In this document: positions 55,716 to 64,000 of the stretch, one piece after another
Position numbering within the stretch: the first letter of the stretch is position 1
Layout: each line of letters begins with the position of its first letter
NCBI GenBank assembly: GCA_963848525.1
Contig: CAWKDZ010000001.1
Location: forward strand, 374,060-438,059
Direction of reading: 5' to 3'
DNA: 64,000 nucleotides
Source: an uncultured Actinomycetes bacterium
GTDB lineage: Bacteria > Actinomycetota > Thermoleophilia > Gaiellales > Gaiellaceae
The notes under the pieces: generated by a model
Seen by the model: the letters and a program-made list of their open reading frames with translations, nothing else
Databases searched by the model: none
Told to the model about the DNA's origin: nothing
Translations under genes and position numbers: made by a program

Positions 55716-58685
55716 TCAGCCGGACATCCGATCGTTCGGCGCCGGTAAGACCTCCGCCCGGGCGAGCGAGTCGATCTGCTCGCGGAGACGGACGACGTAG
55801 GGCAGGCAGCGCTTTCGCTCCCAGACGGCGAGGGAGCGCTCGAGCGCCTCGCGAGCCTCCGCGATCCGGCCTGCGCGCTCGAGCACGGTGGCGAGGTCCT
55901 CGTAGGCCCAGCCCTGAAGCCACGGGTTGTCCGTCTCGGTCACCGCGGCAGCGACGCCTGCACGGGCGAGAGTCTCGGCCCGTTCGAGCTCGCCGCGCGC
56001 GGCGAGGAGGAGCGCCTCGACGGCCGGGCTCAGCGCTCGCGCGACCGGACCGGCCGCGACGGCCTGAGCCTGCCGAAGCTCGGACTCCGCCTCGCCGAAG
56101 CGACCGAGGTGGCAGAGGTCGCGGGCGAGCGGCAGCCGCCACGTTGCGGCCATACCGTCGCTGCCGGGCGGGAGCGCGTCGAGCAGATCCATGTGGTGCC
56201 GGCAGGCGCGCTGCCGGTCACCTTCGATCATCGCGATCGCCGCGAGGTACCCGTCGGCCATCACGCCGCCCGTCACCTCGCGCAGGTGATCCGACCGTGC
56301 CTCGGCGAGCGGCCACGCCTCGTCGAAACGACCGAGCATCGCGAGCAGCACCGCCCGTGCGAGGTCCCCGTCTCCGGGAGGCCGGCCGGGCTCGAGTTCG
56401 TCGAGTATCCGCAACCCCTCGTCCGCCGCGCGCGGGCTGAGGATCGTCGACCAGTCGAGCTCCTGCGTGACGGACGACGCGGAGTCGCCCACGAGGCGAA
56501 AGTAGCGGAGCGCTCGCTCGAAGGCGGCAACGCTCGCATCGTTCTGCATCCGCCAATGCGCGGCATAGGCGATGAGGGACCAAAGGAGCGCGAGCCGCCT
56601 GGGATCAGCCCGCTCCTCCTCGAAGGGAAGCGCTGCGCGGCAGAGCGCCTCCTGCTCGTCGCTCGAGCCGAGCTCGCCGCTGATCACGCGCAGGGTGAGG
56701 GCCATCGCACGCGCCAGCATCGCGCCGGAGCGGTCGCCCGCGGCCTCGGCACGTTCGGCGACGGTGTGCGCTGCCTGCACGGCCGCGCCACCGTCGACCT
56801 CGACGGTGGCCATGGCGGCCTCGAGCTCGAGCACGAGCTCGAGCCGATGCGGGCGCAGGAGCTCGACCGCCCGGGTCAGCAGTGCGAGCGCGGCCCGGCC
56901 GTCGAGGCGGTCTTTCGCGCGCCGGCCGGCGGCGGCGAGCCGCATGGCGGCGCGCTCGGCGAGAGCCGGATCGGGACGGCCGAGGTCGGCGAGGCAGCGG
57001 GCGGCTTGCTCGAGGTGATAACCGACGATCTCGTCGAGCTCGACGAGCGCCTGTCCGTGCTCGCCGAGCCAGTCGGCGAAGCGTTCGTGCAGGTCGGCGC
57101 GGATCGCCTTCGGGAGGGCGTCGTAGGCGGCGTCGCGGATCAGCAGGTGGCGGAAGCGGTAGCCGTCGTCGCCGGGGAGCTGCGCGCGGTCGGGGCGAAT
57201 CAGCTCGTGGCGCACGAGCCCGGCGAGCCGGGTCATGACCTGCGTCTCCCCGGGGGCTAGCGCCTGCACGGCGCCGCGGTGGAAGAGCTCGCCCTCCACC
57301 GCGCCGCGCTCGAGCACCATGCGCTCTGGCTCGTCGAGCTGGTCCAGTCGCGCCGTCAGCAGTGCGTTCAGCGTGGGAGGCACTTCGACCTCCTCGTCCC
57401 CGGCTGCCATCGCGAGCATCTCCGAGATGAAGAGCGGGTTGCCGCCCGCTGCGCGGGCGATCCGCTCGCGCAGGGCCCCCGAGACGGCGTCGCCAATCAG
57501 CGCGCCAGCCTGCTCTGGGGGCAGCGGCTCCAGTCGCAGGGTTCCTCGCCAGCCGGGACGTCGCTCCAGCAGGTCCGGCCGGGCCATGCACAGGAGTAGA
57601 AGTGGCGCGCCGGACGAGAGCAGGGCGGTCGATTCGACCAGATCGAGAAACGTCTGCTCGCCCCACTGGATGTCGTCGAAGACGACCACGAGCGGCGCCT
57701 GCTCCTCGAGCAGCTTCCGGCATGCCCACGCGATCTCGTCGCCGGTCGTCGCGACGTCCGACTCGCCGAGGAGCGAGCGCATCGCCGCGGCCGCGGCCGG
57801 ATCCGACGGCAACGCCGCCAGCCGCTTCACCACTTCGACCACCGGCCAGTAGGTGATCCCCTCCCCGTAGGGCAGGCAGCGGCCCCGCACGACGCGAGCC
57901 TCGACCGCAGCGAGCGCCTCCGCCACCAGCCGCGACTTGCCCACGCCGGCGTCGCCCACCACCGTCACCAGCTCGCAGCGCGCGTGCGCCTGCGCGCGCT
58001 CCCATGCCTCCGAGATCTGCGCGAGCTCCGGCTCGCGCCCGACGAACCGCGTGACGTGGCTGCGCTCCGGGGCGTCCAGCACCGAGAGGAGCCGGTAGGC
58101 CGGCACCGGCTCCGACTTCCCCTTCAGCGCCAGCGGCTCCACCGGCTCTACCACCACCGCGTCTTGCACGAGCGCGTGCGTCGCTTCGCCGATCAGCACC
58201 TCGCCCGGCGCCGCCGACTGCTCGAACCGCGCGGCCACGTTCACCGCATCTCCCGTCGCCAGCCGCTCCTCCGTCCCGGTCACCACTTCGCCGGTGTTCA
58301 CGCCGATGCGGCCGCGAATGCCGAGACCCGGTAACGCGTCGCGCATCTCCACCGCCGCCCGGCAGGCTCGCAGCGCGTCGTCCTCGTGTGCGGCGGGGAC
58401 TCCGAAGACCGCCATCACGGCGTCGCCGATGAACTTCTCCACCGTGCCGCCGTGCGACTCGATGATCACCTTCATGCGCTCGAAGTAGCGCGCGAACAGC
58501 GCCCGCAGCGCCTCCGGATCCGTCTGCTCGCCGAGCTCCGTCGACCCGGTCAGGTCGCAGAACAGCACCGTCACCGTCTTGCGAACCTCGCGCGGAGCCG
58601 CGGTCGTCGTGAGCGCCGCGCCGCAGTCGTTGCAGAAGCGCGCGCCTACCCGGTTGTCCCGTCCGCAACTCGCGCAGATGTTCAC
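55716..58685 (-). CDS. Zn-ribbon + class III cyclase + STAND/AAA ATPase + TPR regulator
   Basis: 989 aa and intact. Motifs in order: CASCGRDNRVGARFCNDCG; VLFCDLTGST...KFIGDAVMAVFG...GVNTGEV...VNVAARFEQ; Walker A VVGDAGVGKSRLV. A C-terminal TPR-like region follows. Confidence 0.9.
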   Translation of the reverse strand: MNICASCGRDNRVGARFCNDCGAALTTTAAPREVRKTVTVLFCDLTGSTELGEQTDPEALRALFARYFERMKVIIESHGGTVEKFIGDAVMAVFGVPAAHEDDALRACRAAVEMRDALPGLGIRGRIGVNTGEVVTGTEERLATGDAVNVAARFEQSAAPGEVLIGEATHALVQDAVVVEPVEPLALKGKSEPVPAYRLLSVLDAPERSHVTRFVGREPELAQISEAWERAQAHARCELVTVVGDAGVGKSRLVAEALAAVEARVVRGRCLPYGEGITYWPVVEVVKRLAALPSDPAAAAAMRSLLGESDVATTGDEIAWACRKLLEEQAPLVVVFDDIQWGEQTFLDLVESTALLSSGAPLLLLCMARPDLLERRPGWRGTLRLEPLPPEQAGALIGDAVSGALRERIARAAGGNPLFISEMLAMAAGDEEVEVPPTLNALLTARLDQLDEPERMVLERGAVEGELFHRGAVQALAPGETQVMTRLAGLVRHELIRPDRAQLPGDDGYRFRHLLIRDAAYDALPKAIRADLHERFADWLGEHGQALVELDEIVGYHLEQAARCLADLGRPDPALAERAAMRLAAAGRRAKDRLDGRAALALLTRAVELLRPHRLELVLELEAAMATVEVDGGAAVQAAHTVAERAEAAGDRSGAMLARAMALTLRVISGELGSSDEQEALCRAALPFEEERADPRRLALLWSLIAYAAHWRMQNDASVAAFERALRYFRLVGDSASSVTQELDWSTILSPRAADEGLRILDELEPGRPPGDGDLARAVLLAMLGRFDEAWPLAEARSDHLREVTGGVMADGYLAAIAMIEGDRQRACRHHMDLLDALPPGSDGMAATWRLPLARDLCHLGRFGEAESELRQAQAVAAGPVARALSPAVEALLLAARGELERAETLARAGVAAAVTETDNPWLQGWAYEDLATVLERAGRIAEAREALERSLAVWERKRCLPYVVRLREQIDSLARAEVLPAPNDRMSG

Positions 58686-58830
58686 AAGTTCAGGCTAAGA
58701 CATCGCGACGCGATCCCAAAGCACGGGGCAAGTCGGGCCAGCAGGAAGAAGACGGCGAGCGGCATTGGCGGGCCACCAGCCTTGCGGGACGGGCCTAGAC
58801 CTTCGCACGCTCGGGTTAGATCATCGGGGC

Positions 58831-58884
58831 ATGCTCAACCCTCCCCGCGGAACCGTGACGTTCCTCTTTAGCTGGTTCTCTTGA
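58831..58884 (+). pseudogene. Possible stub of a cyclase-domain gene (first ~13 codons only)
   Basis: ATG...MLNPPRGTVTFLFSWFS* resembles the start of cyclase domains (compare 17270: ...PAGTVTFVFSDVEGST). The +1 frame continues as LAGSLE (compare D.(E/V)GSTEL). Nothing recognisable follows. Confidence 0.3.
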
Positions 58885-59190
58885 GAACCCATTTCGCAGC
58901 CGGGGGCAGCTAGCGAAGCGACAAAGCTGCGCGAGAGCCGACGGTAACTGGCATGTTCCAAACCCGACCACCCCGGTCGGATCTCGGACCGACCGCGAGC
59001 GTCAGTGCGAGCGACCTGCGGATCGAGGAGCGGGAGCTGAAGGCGGGTCGGCTGAACTAGCGGCGAGTTCGCGCACCGACGCTCGTGCTTCCGCACGCAG
59101 GGCAAAGCTCATTCGGTATGGCGGGAAGCTTGGCCGAAACGTCAGGACGTCATGGTGTTCGGCTCGCCGCCCGGCCCCCAGACCGGGCGA

Positions 59191-60339
59191 TCACAACCCG
59201 CGCCGATATGTCTCGAATGCGTCGTAGAAGGCGTCGACGCTGCGCCCGAACGTCGCGGCGAAAGCGTCCCGCCAGGGCGTACCGCGGCCGAGTGTCTCGA
59301 AGTACGTCAGAAGGTCGCCGCGGTTGCGACCGGTCACGAGGAAATCGACCGCCAACGCGTACATGTCGTACACGCCAGGCGGTCGGCCCCTAAGCACCTC
59401 GAGCGCGCGGAGCGGCGTCGCCGACAGATTCTTTGTCGTTCCTCGCCACCGCGCTCGCACATCCTCGATCCGCATCAGTCCGTTCTCGGCAATCGCCTGG
59501 TAGGCCGTCAATTCCGCAACGCCCTCGCTCAGCCAGCGCGGACCCGCGCGCGGAACGTCGTCGGGCCCACTGTTGAGCGCGCCTTGCCCAGCCAGCTCGT
59601 ACTGGAGTACGTGGACCACCTCGTGAACCGCGACTTTCGTCGCATCCGTCGGAGAATGAACCGCACCTTGAAACCACGGCGGGCCTATCCATATCCTGCG
59701 GTACTCCCCCTCGCCGGTCTGGCCACTCCCCCACAGGCGACGCGCGTTCTCTGGCGAGTTTGGCTTCGTCTGAACGTATGTCGCGATCATCGCCTCGAGG
59801 TCCGTGTGGGCATACACGGTGAACTGGGGCAGTTCCCGTCCGAGCGCCGAACGGATGTAACGGGCCCCGAGATCGAGGCTATCGCGGAGCGCCGCTTGTT
59901 GCGCCGGATTGACCTCTGAGCCGAAGACGTAGGTTGCTGGAGCACCGGGCGCGGGTGGAGGAGGCGGTGGCGGCGTTGGGGGGGACGGAGGCGGTGGAAG
60001 CGGCACCGGCTTCGGACCGCGAACAACCTCGCAGTCCCTGGCGACCGTGTCTCGCACGTCTCTGGTCGCCGTGTCGCGACCCGGCCCGCACCGAAGCGTG
60101 TCCGCACCGATCCCGCCTACGAGACGGTCGTTGCCCGGTCCACCGACGAGCAGGTCGTTGCCGCCAGCGCCGAAGAGCTTGTCGTTGCCACCCTTGCCGT
60201 CGATCTTGTCCGCGCGAGCGCCTCCCCGCAGGGTCTCGTTGCGCGCCGTCCCGTTTATCGTCGCCGCCCAGACGGAGCCGCCTGCTAGCGCGAGAACGGC
60301 GAGTGCAAGTGCCGCAGTCCGGAAGGTGCGTCTCAACAC
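59191..60339 (-). CDS. Secreted protein: RTX-type Ca-binding repeat cassette + poly-Pro linker + putative HExxH metallopeptidase domain
   Basis: The signal peptide is [25 protein letters not shown]. It is followed by ...[47 protein letters not shown] and [26 protein letters not shown]. The C-terminal domain carries [13 protein letters not shown] (HExxH). Confidence 0.8.
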   Translation of the reverse strand: MLRRTFRTAALALAVLALAGGSVWAATINGTARNETLRGGARADKIDGKGGNDKLFGAGGNDLLVGGPGNDRLVGGIGADTLRCGPGRDTATRDVRDTVARDCEVVRGPKPVPLPPPPSPPTPPPPPPPAPGAPATYVFGSEVNPAQQAALRDSLDLGARYIRSALGRELPQFTVYAHTDLEAMIATYVQTKPNSPENARRLWGSGQTGEGEYRRIWIGPPWFQGAVHSPTDATKVAVHEVVHVLQYELAGQGALNSGPDDVPRAGPRWLSEGVAELTAYQAIAENGLMRIEDVRARWRGTTKNLSATPLRALEVLRGRPPGVYDMYALAVDFLVTGRNRGDLLTYFETLGRGTPWRDAFAATFGRSVDAFYDAFETYRRGL

Positions 60340-60593
60340 AATCCTCCGCGACCCTATGCCCCAAAGTCACGGGTCTCAAGTGTGGGCGATGAGTCTCGTG
60401 CATGGGAAATACGTTCTTGACTGCGGAAGCCACTGCTCACGTCCGTTTCCACCGAGCTATCGAGCGCCGAGCGCTGTGGATGGCCGAGGACGCTGCGCGA
60501 GCTCCCAAATCTGGCCCTCGAGGATGAGCCACCGCATCGCCGCTTTCTCGTACTTCGGCGATCCGCGTTCCGCGTGGAGATGGACGAGCTGCA

Positions 60594-60912
60594 ATGCAAG
60601 AGCGATACCTCGTGGAGGGCACGCCTCGGTTGCGAGAGCCCGAGCGAAACGGCCTCGACGTCTCCGTCGAGCTTGCGGTGGCGTGGGGGAAGATCCACGA
60701 CGCGGCACGTCTCGCTGGGGCGACTTCGCGACTGGAGGAGGAGCTCGGCTCGGCCCCGGGACTCTTACGAGGGAGACTGGTTCGAGCGATCGGTCGAATC
60801 CACTCGCGAGTCGCTCGGCACCGACGCGGACGCGGAGATCCAGCGTGGGCGGGAGCTGTCGCTCGACGAGGCGGCGGCCATCACGCTCGCTGCAACAGCC
60901 GACGCTGACTGA
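60594..60912 (+). pseudogene. Remnant of the C-terminal tail of a TPR/STAND regulator (frameshifted fragment)
   Basis: ...LAVAWGKIHDAARLAGATSRLEEELGSAPG (ORF 60594 frame) joins SYEGDWFERSVESTRESLGTDADAEIQRGRELSLDEAAAITLAAT* (ORF 60574 frame). Together they give the stereotyped AARLLGAA.ALRE..G.....YER.V...R..LG...F......GR.LSL.EA tail of such regulators. No upstream body is present. Confidence 0.4.
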
Positions 60913-60922
60913 CCGGCGGGGC

Positions 60923-61702
60923 CTACATCCCCATTGCGTGGTAGCCGGAGTCGACGTACAGCGTCGTCCCGGTCACGTTGCGCGCGTCGTCCGAGAGCAG
61001 GTACGCCGCCGCCGAGCCGACGTCGTCGGCGCTGATGTGGCGGCGCAGCGGGGCGCGCTCTTCCACGATCGCCTCCATCGTCGGGAAGCCGGCGATCGAA
61101 CGCGCCGCGAGTGTCCGCACGGGTCCGGCGGAGATCGCGTTCACGCGCACGCCCTTCTGCCCGAGGTCCCACGCGAGGTAGCGGACAGACGCGTCGAGTG
61201 TTGCCTTCGCGACGCCCATGACGTTGTAGTGCGGGACCGCCCGCTCGCCTCCGAGGTACGTCATCGTCACGATCGATCCGCCCTCCGGCATCAACGGCTC
61301 GGCGAGCTTCGCGCACGCCACGAGCGAGTACGCGCTGATGTCCAGCGCGAGCCAGAAGCGGTCGCGCGGCGTGTCGATGAAGCGCCCCTCCAGATCCTCG
61401 GCGGCCGCGAAGGCTACCGAGTGGACGAGCAGGTCGAGGCTGCCCTCGAACGTCTCCGCGGACTCCCGGAAGACGCGCTCGAGATCCTCGTCTGCGCGGA
61501 CGTCGCACGCGGTCACGAGCGGGCTCGAGACGCTCTCGGCAAGCTCGCGGACGCCCTTCTCGATCCGCTCGCCCTGGTAGGTGAATGCGAGCCGGGCGCC
61601 CTCGTCCGCGAGCCGCTTCGCGATCGCCCAAGCGATGGAGCGCCGGTTGGCTACCCCGAGCACGAGGCCGGTCTTGCCTTCGAACCTTTGGGCGGACGCC
61701 AC
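60923..61702 (-). CDS. fabI: Enoyl-[acyl-carrier-protein] reductase (NADH), FabI/InhA type
   Basis: GTG 61702: ...LEGKTGLVLGVANRRSIAWAIAKRLADEGA.LAFTYQGER...LVHSVAFA....L.G.F.DT.R..F..A.DISAYSL......M.GGSIV..TY.G.....P.YNVMGVAKA.L...VRYLA..LG..GVRVNAISAGP..TLA. The rest of ORF 60923..63424 is antisense noise. Confidence 0.9.
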   Translation of the reverse strand: MASAQRFEGKTGLVLGVANRRSIAWAIAKRLADEGARLAFTYQGERIEKGVRELAESVSSPLVTACDVRADEDLERVFRESAETFEGSLDLLVHSVAFAAAEDLEGRFIDTPRDRFWLALDISAYSLVACAKLAEPLMPEGGSIVTMTYLGGERAVPHYNVMGVAKATLDASVRYLAWDLGQKGVRVNAISAGPVRTLAARSIAGFPTMEAIVEERAPLRRHISADDVGSAAAYLLSDDARNVTGTTLYVDSGYHAMGM

Positions 61703-61726
61703 GGGCCGCGATCCTAGGCTAGTTTG

Positions 61727-64000
61727 TTGATCTTGCGCCGCCCGGTCGTCTTCTTCGCCTCGCTCGCGGCGCTCGTCTTCGTGCTTCCAGCGGCGGCGGC
61801 GCTCGAGCCGATCCGCCGACCGGTGACCGAGCTCGGCCAGGTCCCCGTCGTCCGCGCGGGCACGCTGGAGGTGCCGCGCGGCCAGGCTCAGGGACTCGTT
61901 CGGGTAGTCGTGCAGCTCGCGCAGCCGCCGCTCGCCGCCTACGGCGGCCGGTCGCTCCAGAGCGCGACCCGCTCCAAGCTGAACACGCGAACCGCGTCGT
62001 CGCGCGCGTACCTCGCGCAACTCGCGGCCGCGCAGCGGACGGCGGCCGTCCGGCTCGAGCGCGCGATCCCGACCGCGAAGGTGCTCCAGCGCTACCAGGT
62101 CGTCCTCAACGGCTTCGCAGTCGAGCTGCCCGCCCGCAAGCTCCCGCAGCTGCTTCGGCTCGGGCTCGGCCGGCGCGTCTACCCGAACGTGCGCTACACA
62201 CTCGCGACGAACCGCAGCCCGGACGTGATCCGCGCGGCCGCGTTCTCGTCGCTCCGTGGGTTCCGCGGCGACGGAATCAAGATCGGCGTCGTCGACGACG
62301 GCGTCGACCCGCGCAGCCCCTTCCTCCAGGGCGCCGGCTTCTCCTACCCCGCCGGTTTTCCGAAGGGCGGTCGGCCGTGGGTGAACGGCAAGATCATCGT
62401 CGCGCGCGCATTCCCCGGCCCGGCTTCCGGGCGCCAGGGCCGCGAGGCGTTCGTGCCGCGCATCTCGTTCCACGGCACGCACGTCGCCGGGATCGCGGCC
62501 GGCAACGCGGGGACGTTCGCGCCGGCCGGCCCCGACCATCCCGCGACGCCCGGTCTCTCCGGCGTCGCGCCACGCGCCTGGATCGGCAACTACCGCGTCT
62601 TCAACGCGCCGACGCCGATCGGCTACGTCGCGAACGCCGCCGAGATCATCGAGGCGTTCGAGTCCGCGGTCGAGGACGGCATGGACGTGCTCAACTTCTC
62701 GGGCGGCGGCGCGATGGGCGAGCCGTCGACCGACCCGATCCTCGAGGCGGTCGCGAACGTGGCCCGCGCCGGCGTCGTGCCCGTGATGTCCGCCGGGAAC
62801 GACCGCGAGGACTTCGGGTTCGGGACGGTCGGGTCGCCGAGCGTCGCCGAAGAGGCGATCTCGGTCGCGGCCACCTCGAACGAGCACGTCTACGCCCCGC
62901 CGCTGCACATCCTTGCGCCGGACGCGCCGGCGTCGCTCCAGACGATCCCGCTCGCCGCTGCGTTCGACGTCCCGGCCGTCAACGCGCAGCGAACGCTCGT
63001 CGACGTGACGACGATCATGGGTGCGAACGGCCGGCCGGTCGACGCACGGCTCTGCGGGCTCGGCGCCGACCCGAACGACGCGAGCTCGAACCCGCTGCCG
63101 GCCGGGTCGCTGGCGGGGCTCGTCGCGCTCGCCTCGCGCGGTGTCTGCACGTTCGCCTCGAAGGCGGTGCGGGCCCGGGCGGCCGGCGCGGTCGGGCTGA
63201 TCCTGGTCGACAACCGCTTCGGCGAGGCGAACGCGATCCCGCTCCAGCTCGCGGTTCCGGCCGGGATGATCGCGGACGTCGACGGCGAGCGGCTGCGCGC
63301 GTACATGGCTCAGCACGGCGGCCGGACGATCGTGCGCGCGGACCGCGCGCCCGCCGAGGTCGTCACCGGACGCAGCGGCGTGGTCACGAGCTTCTCGTCG
63401 GCTGCGCCGACGAACTTCGGGCACGCGCTCAAGCCCGACGTCGCGGCCCCGGGCGGTCAGATCCTCTCCTCGACGCCGCCCGAGTCAGCCGGCAACGGCT
63501 CGCCGTTCGCGGTCTTCGACGGCACGAGCATGTCTGCGCCGCACGTCACCGGCGCGGCCGCGCTGCTGCTCCAGTCGCACCCGTGGTGGACGCCGCGGAT
63601 GATGCGCTCGGCCTTTGTCTCGACGGCGCTGGCCGCGTGGGGCGACACGGCGCGCACTCAGGAGGCGCCCGTCGTGCTCGGCGGCGGCGGGCTGGTCGAC
63701 GTCATGCGGGCGGACGAGCCGTTCGTCTTCACCGACCCGGTCTCGCTCTCGTTCGGCGACCTGAACGTGAACCGCGGCGGGCTGACCCGCGCGCTCGCCG
63801 TCCAGGTCAGCGATTCGGGCGGCGGTGCCGGCACGTGGAGCGTCGAGCTGAGGCCGCAGGCGGCCTCGACCGGAGCGTCGATCGAGCCCGACCCGCAGGT
63901 GACGATCCCACCGGGCGGCAGCGATCGCCTCGCCGTCACGGCGCGCGCCGAGCCCGGCGCCGCGGTCGGCGACAACTACGGCTTCCTCGTCCTGCGACGC
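61727..64000 (+). CDS. Secreted subtilisin-like serine protease (S8 family with I9-like propeptide and PA-domain insert), 3' end outside window
   Basis: The frame is open from 61718 to the window end; it is not in the track because it has no stop. Possible TTG starts are at 61724, 61727 and 61733. The signal peptide is LRRPVVFFASLAALVFVLPAAAA. The catalytic triad contexts are GVVDDGVD, HGTHVAGIAAG and GTSMSAPHVTGAAALL. A PA-like insert (...GLVALASRGVCTFASKAVRARAAGAVGLILVDN...) is present. Confidence 0.85.
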   Translation, partial: MILRRPVVFFASLAALVFVLPAAAALEPIRRPVTELGQVPVVRAGTLEVPRGQAQGLVRVVVQLAQPPLAAYGGRSLQSATRSKLNTRTASSRAYLAQLAAAQRTAAVRLERAIPTAKVLQRYQVVLNGFAVELPARKLPQLLRLGLGRRVYPNVRYTLATNRSPDVIRAAAFSSLRGFRGDGIKIGVVDDGVDPRSPFLQGAGFSYPAGFPKGGRPWVNGKIIVARAFPGPASGRQGREAFVPRISFHGTHVAGIAAGNAGTFAPAGPDHPATPGLSGVAPRAWIGNYRVFNAPTPIGYVANAAEIIEAFESAVEDGMDVLNFSGGGAMGEPSTDPILEAVANVARAGVVPVMSAGNDREDFGFGTVGSPSVAEEAISVAATSNEHVYAPPLHILAPDAPASLQTIPLAAAFDVPAVNAQRTLVDVTTIMGANGRPVDARLCGLGADPNDASSNPLPAGSLAGLVALASRGVCTFASKAVRARAAGAVGLILVDNRFGEANAIPLQLAVPAGMIADVDGERLRAYMAQHGGRTIVRADRAPAEVVTGRSGVVTSFSSAAPTNFGHALKPDVAAPGGQILSSTPPESAGNGSPFAVFDGTSMSAPHVTGAAALLLQSHPWWTPRMMRSAFVSTALAAWGDTARTQEAPVVLGGGGLVDVMRADEPFVFTDPVSLSFGDLNVNRGGLTRALAVQVSDSGGGAGTWSVELRPQAASTGASIEPDPQVTIPPGGSDRLAVTARAEPGAAVGDNYGFLVLRR

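Noticed and set aside
61703-63424. N-terminal ~570 codons of ORF 60923..63424 (-)
   Set aside because: Only the last 259 codons (fabI, from GTG 61702) are protein-like. The remainder is antisense to the S8 protease gene and is Arg/Asp-rich noise.

Overview
Very GC-rich, gene-dense bacterial chromosomal segment. The gene families suggest an actinobacterial origin (inference from a PknD-like receptor kinase, Rv0386-type cyclase-ATPase regulators, an AhpE-like peroxiredoxin, InhA-like FabI, and many GTGA/ATGA start-stop overlaps).

Left to right:
- 1-4.7 kb: distal part of a Tad/Flp pilus operon (CpaE, CpaF, a VWA-TadB fusion, and a TadC that reads as frameshifted).
- A LuxR-type response regulator.
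- 6.9-13.1 kb: a co-transcribed pair, namely a pseudokinase with a beta-propeller and a 1318-aa protein (Zn-ribbon, class III cyclase, STAND ATPase, Ser/Thr kinase, TM, beta-propeller).
- Two secreted enzymes (13.2 kb and 59.2 kb) that share an RTX-type N-terminal cassette.
- Five tRNAs: Arg-TCG, His-GTG, Arg-TCT, Gly-TCC, Pro-TGG. Three of them have integration scars next to them: a 41/42-bp tRNA-His 3' duplication bracketing one gene, an integrase stub, and a low-GC HTH/endonuclease-like gene.
- A multi-GAF/PAS histidine kinase with a CheY-like regulator.
- Housekeeping genes: ispH, tag, ileS, trxA, fabI, a cyclophilin and others.
- Three further Zn-ribbon/cyclase-STAND-TPR paralogues (38.9-42.2, 52.4-55.6, 55.7-58.7 kb), plus remnants of another at 58.8-60.9 kb.
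- A partial S8 protease running off the right end.

Most notable observations:
- An in-frame TGA sits exactly at the peroxidatic Cys codon of a peroxiredoxin, with a SECIS-like hairpin downstream (49.0-49.5 kb).
- About 10 frameshift lesions are concentrated in 42.2-50.9 kb, while flanking 3-4 kb genes are intact.
- An ~87-nt structured intergenic repeat occurs in two copies.
- A terminator-capped candidate sRNA or leader lies upstream of ispH.

I saw no rRNA, CRISPR array, intact transposase or prophage. Many long ORFs in the track are antisense or off-frame shadows typical of high-GC DNA and were ignored.
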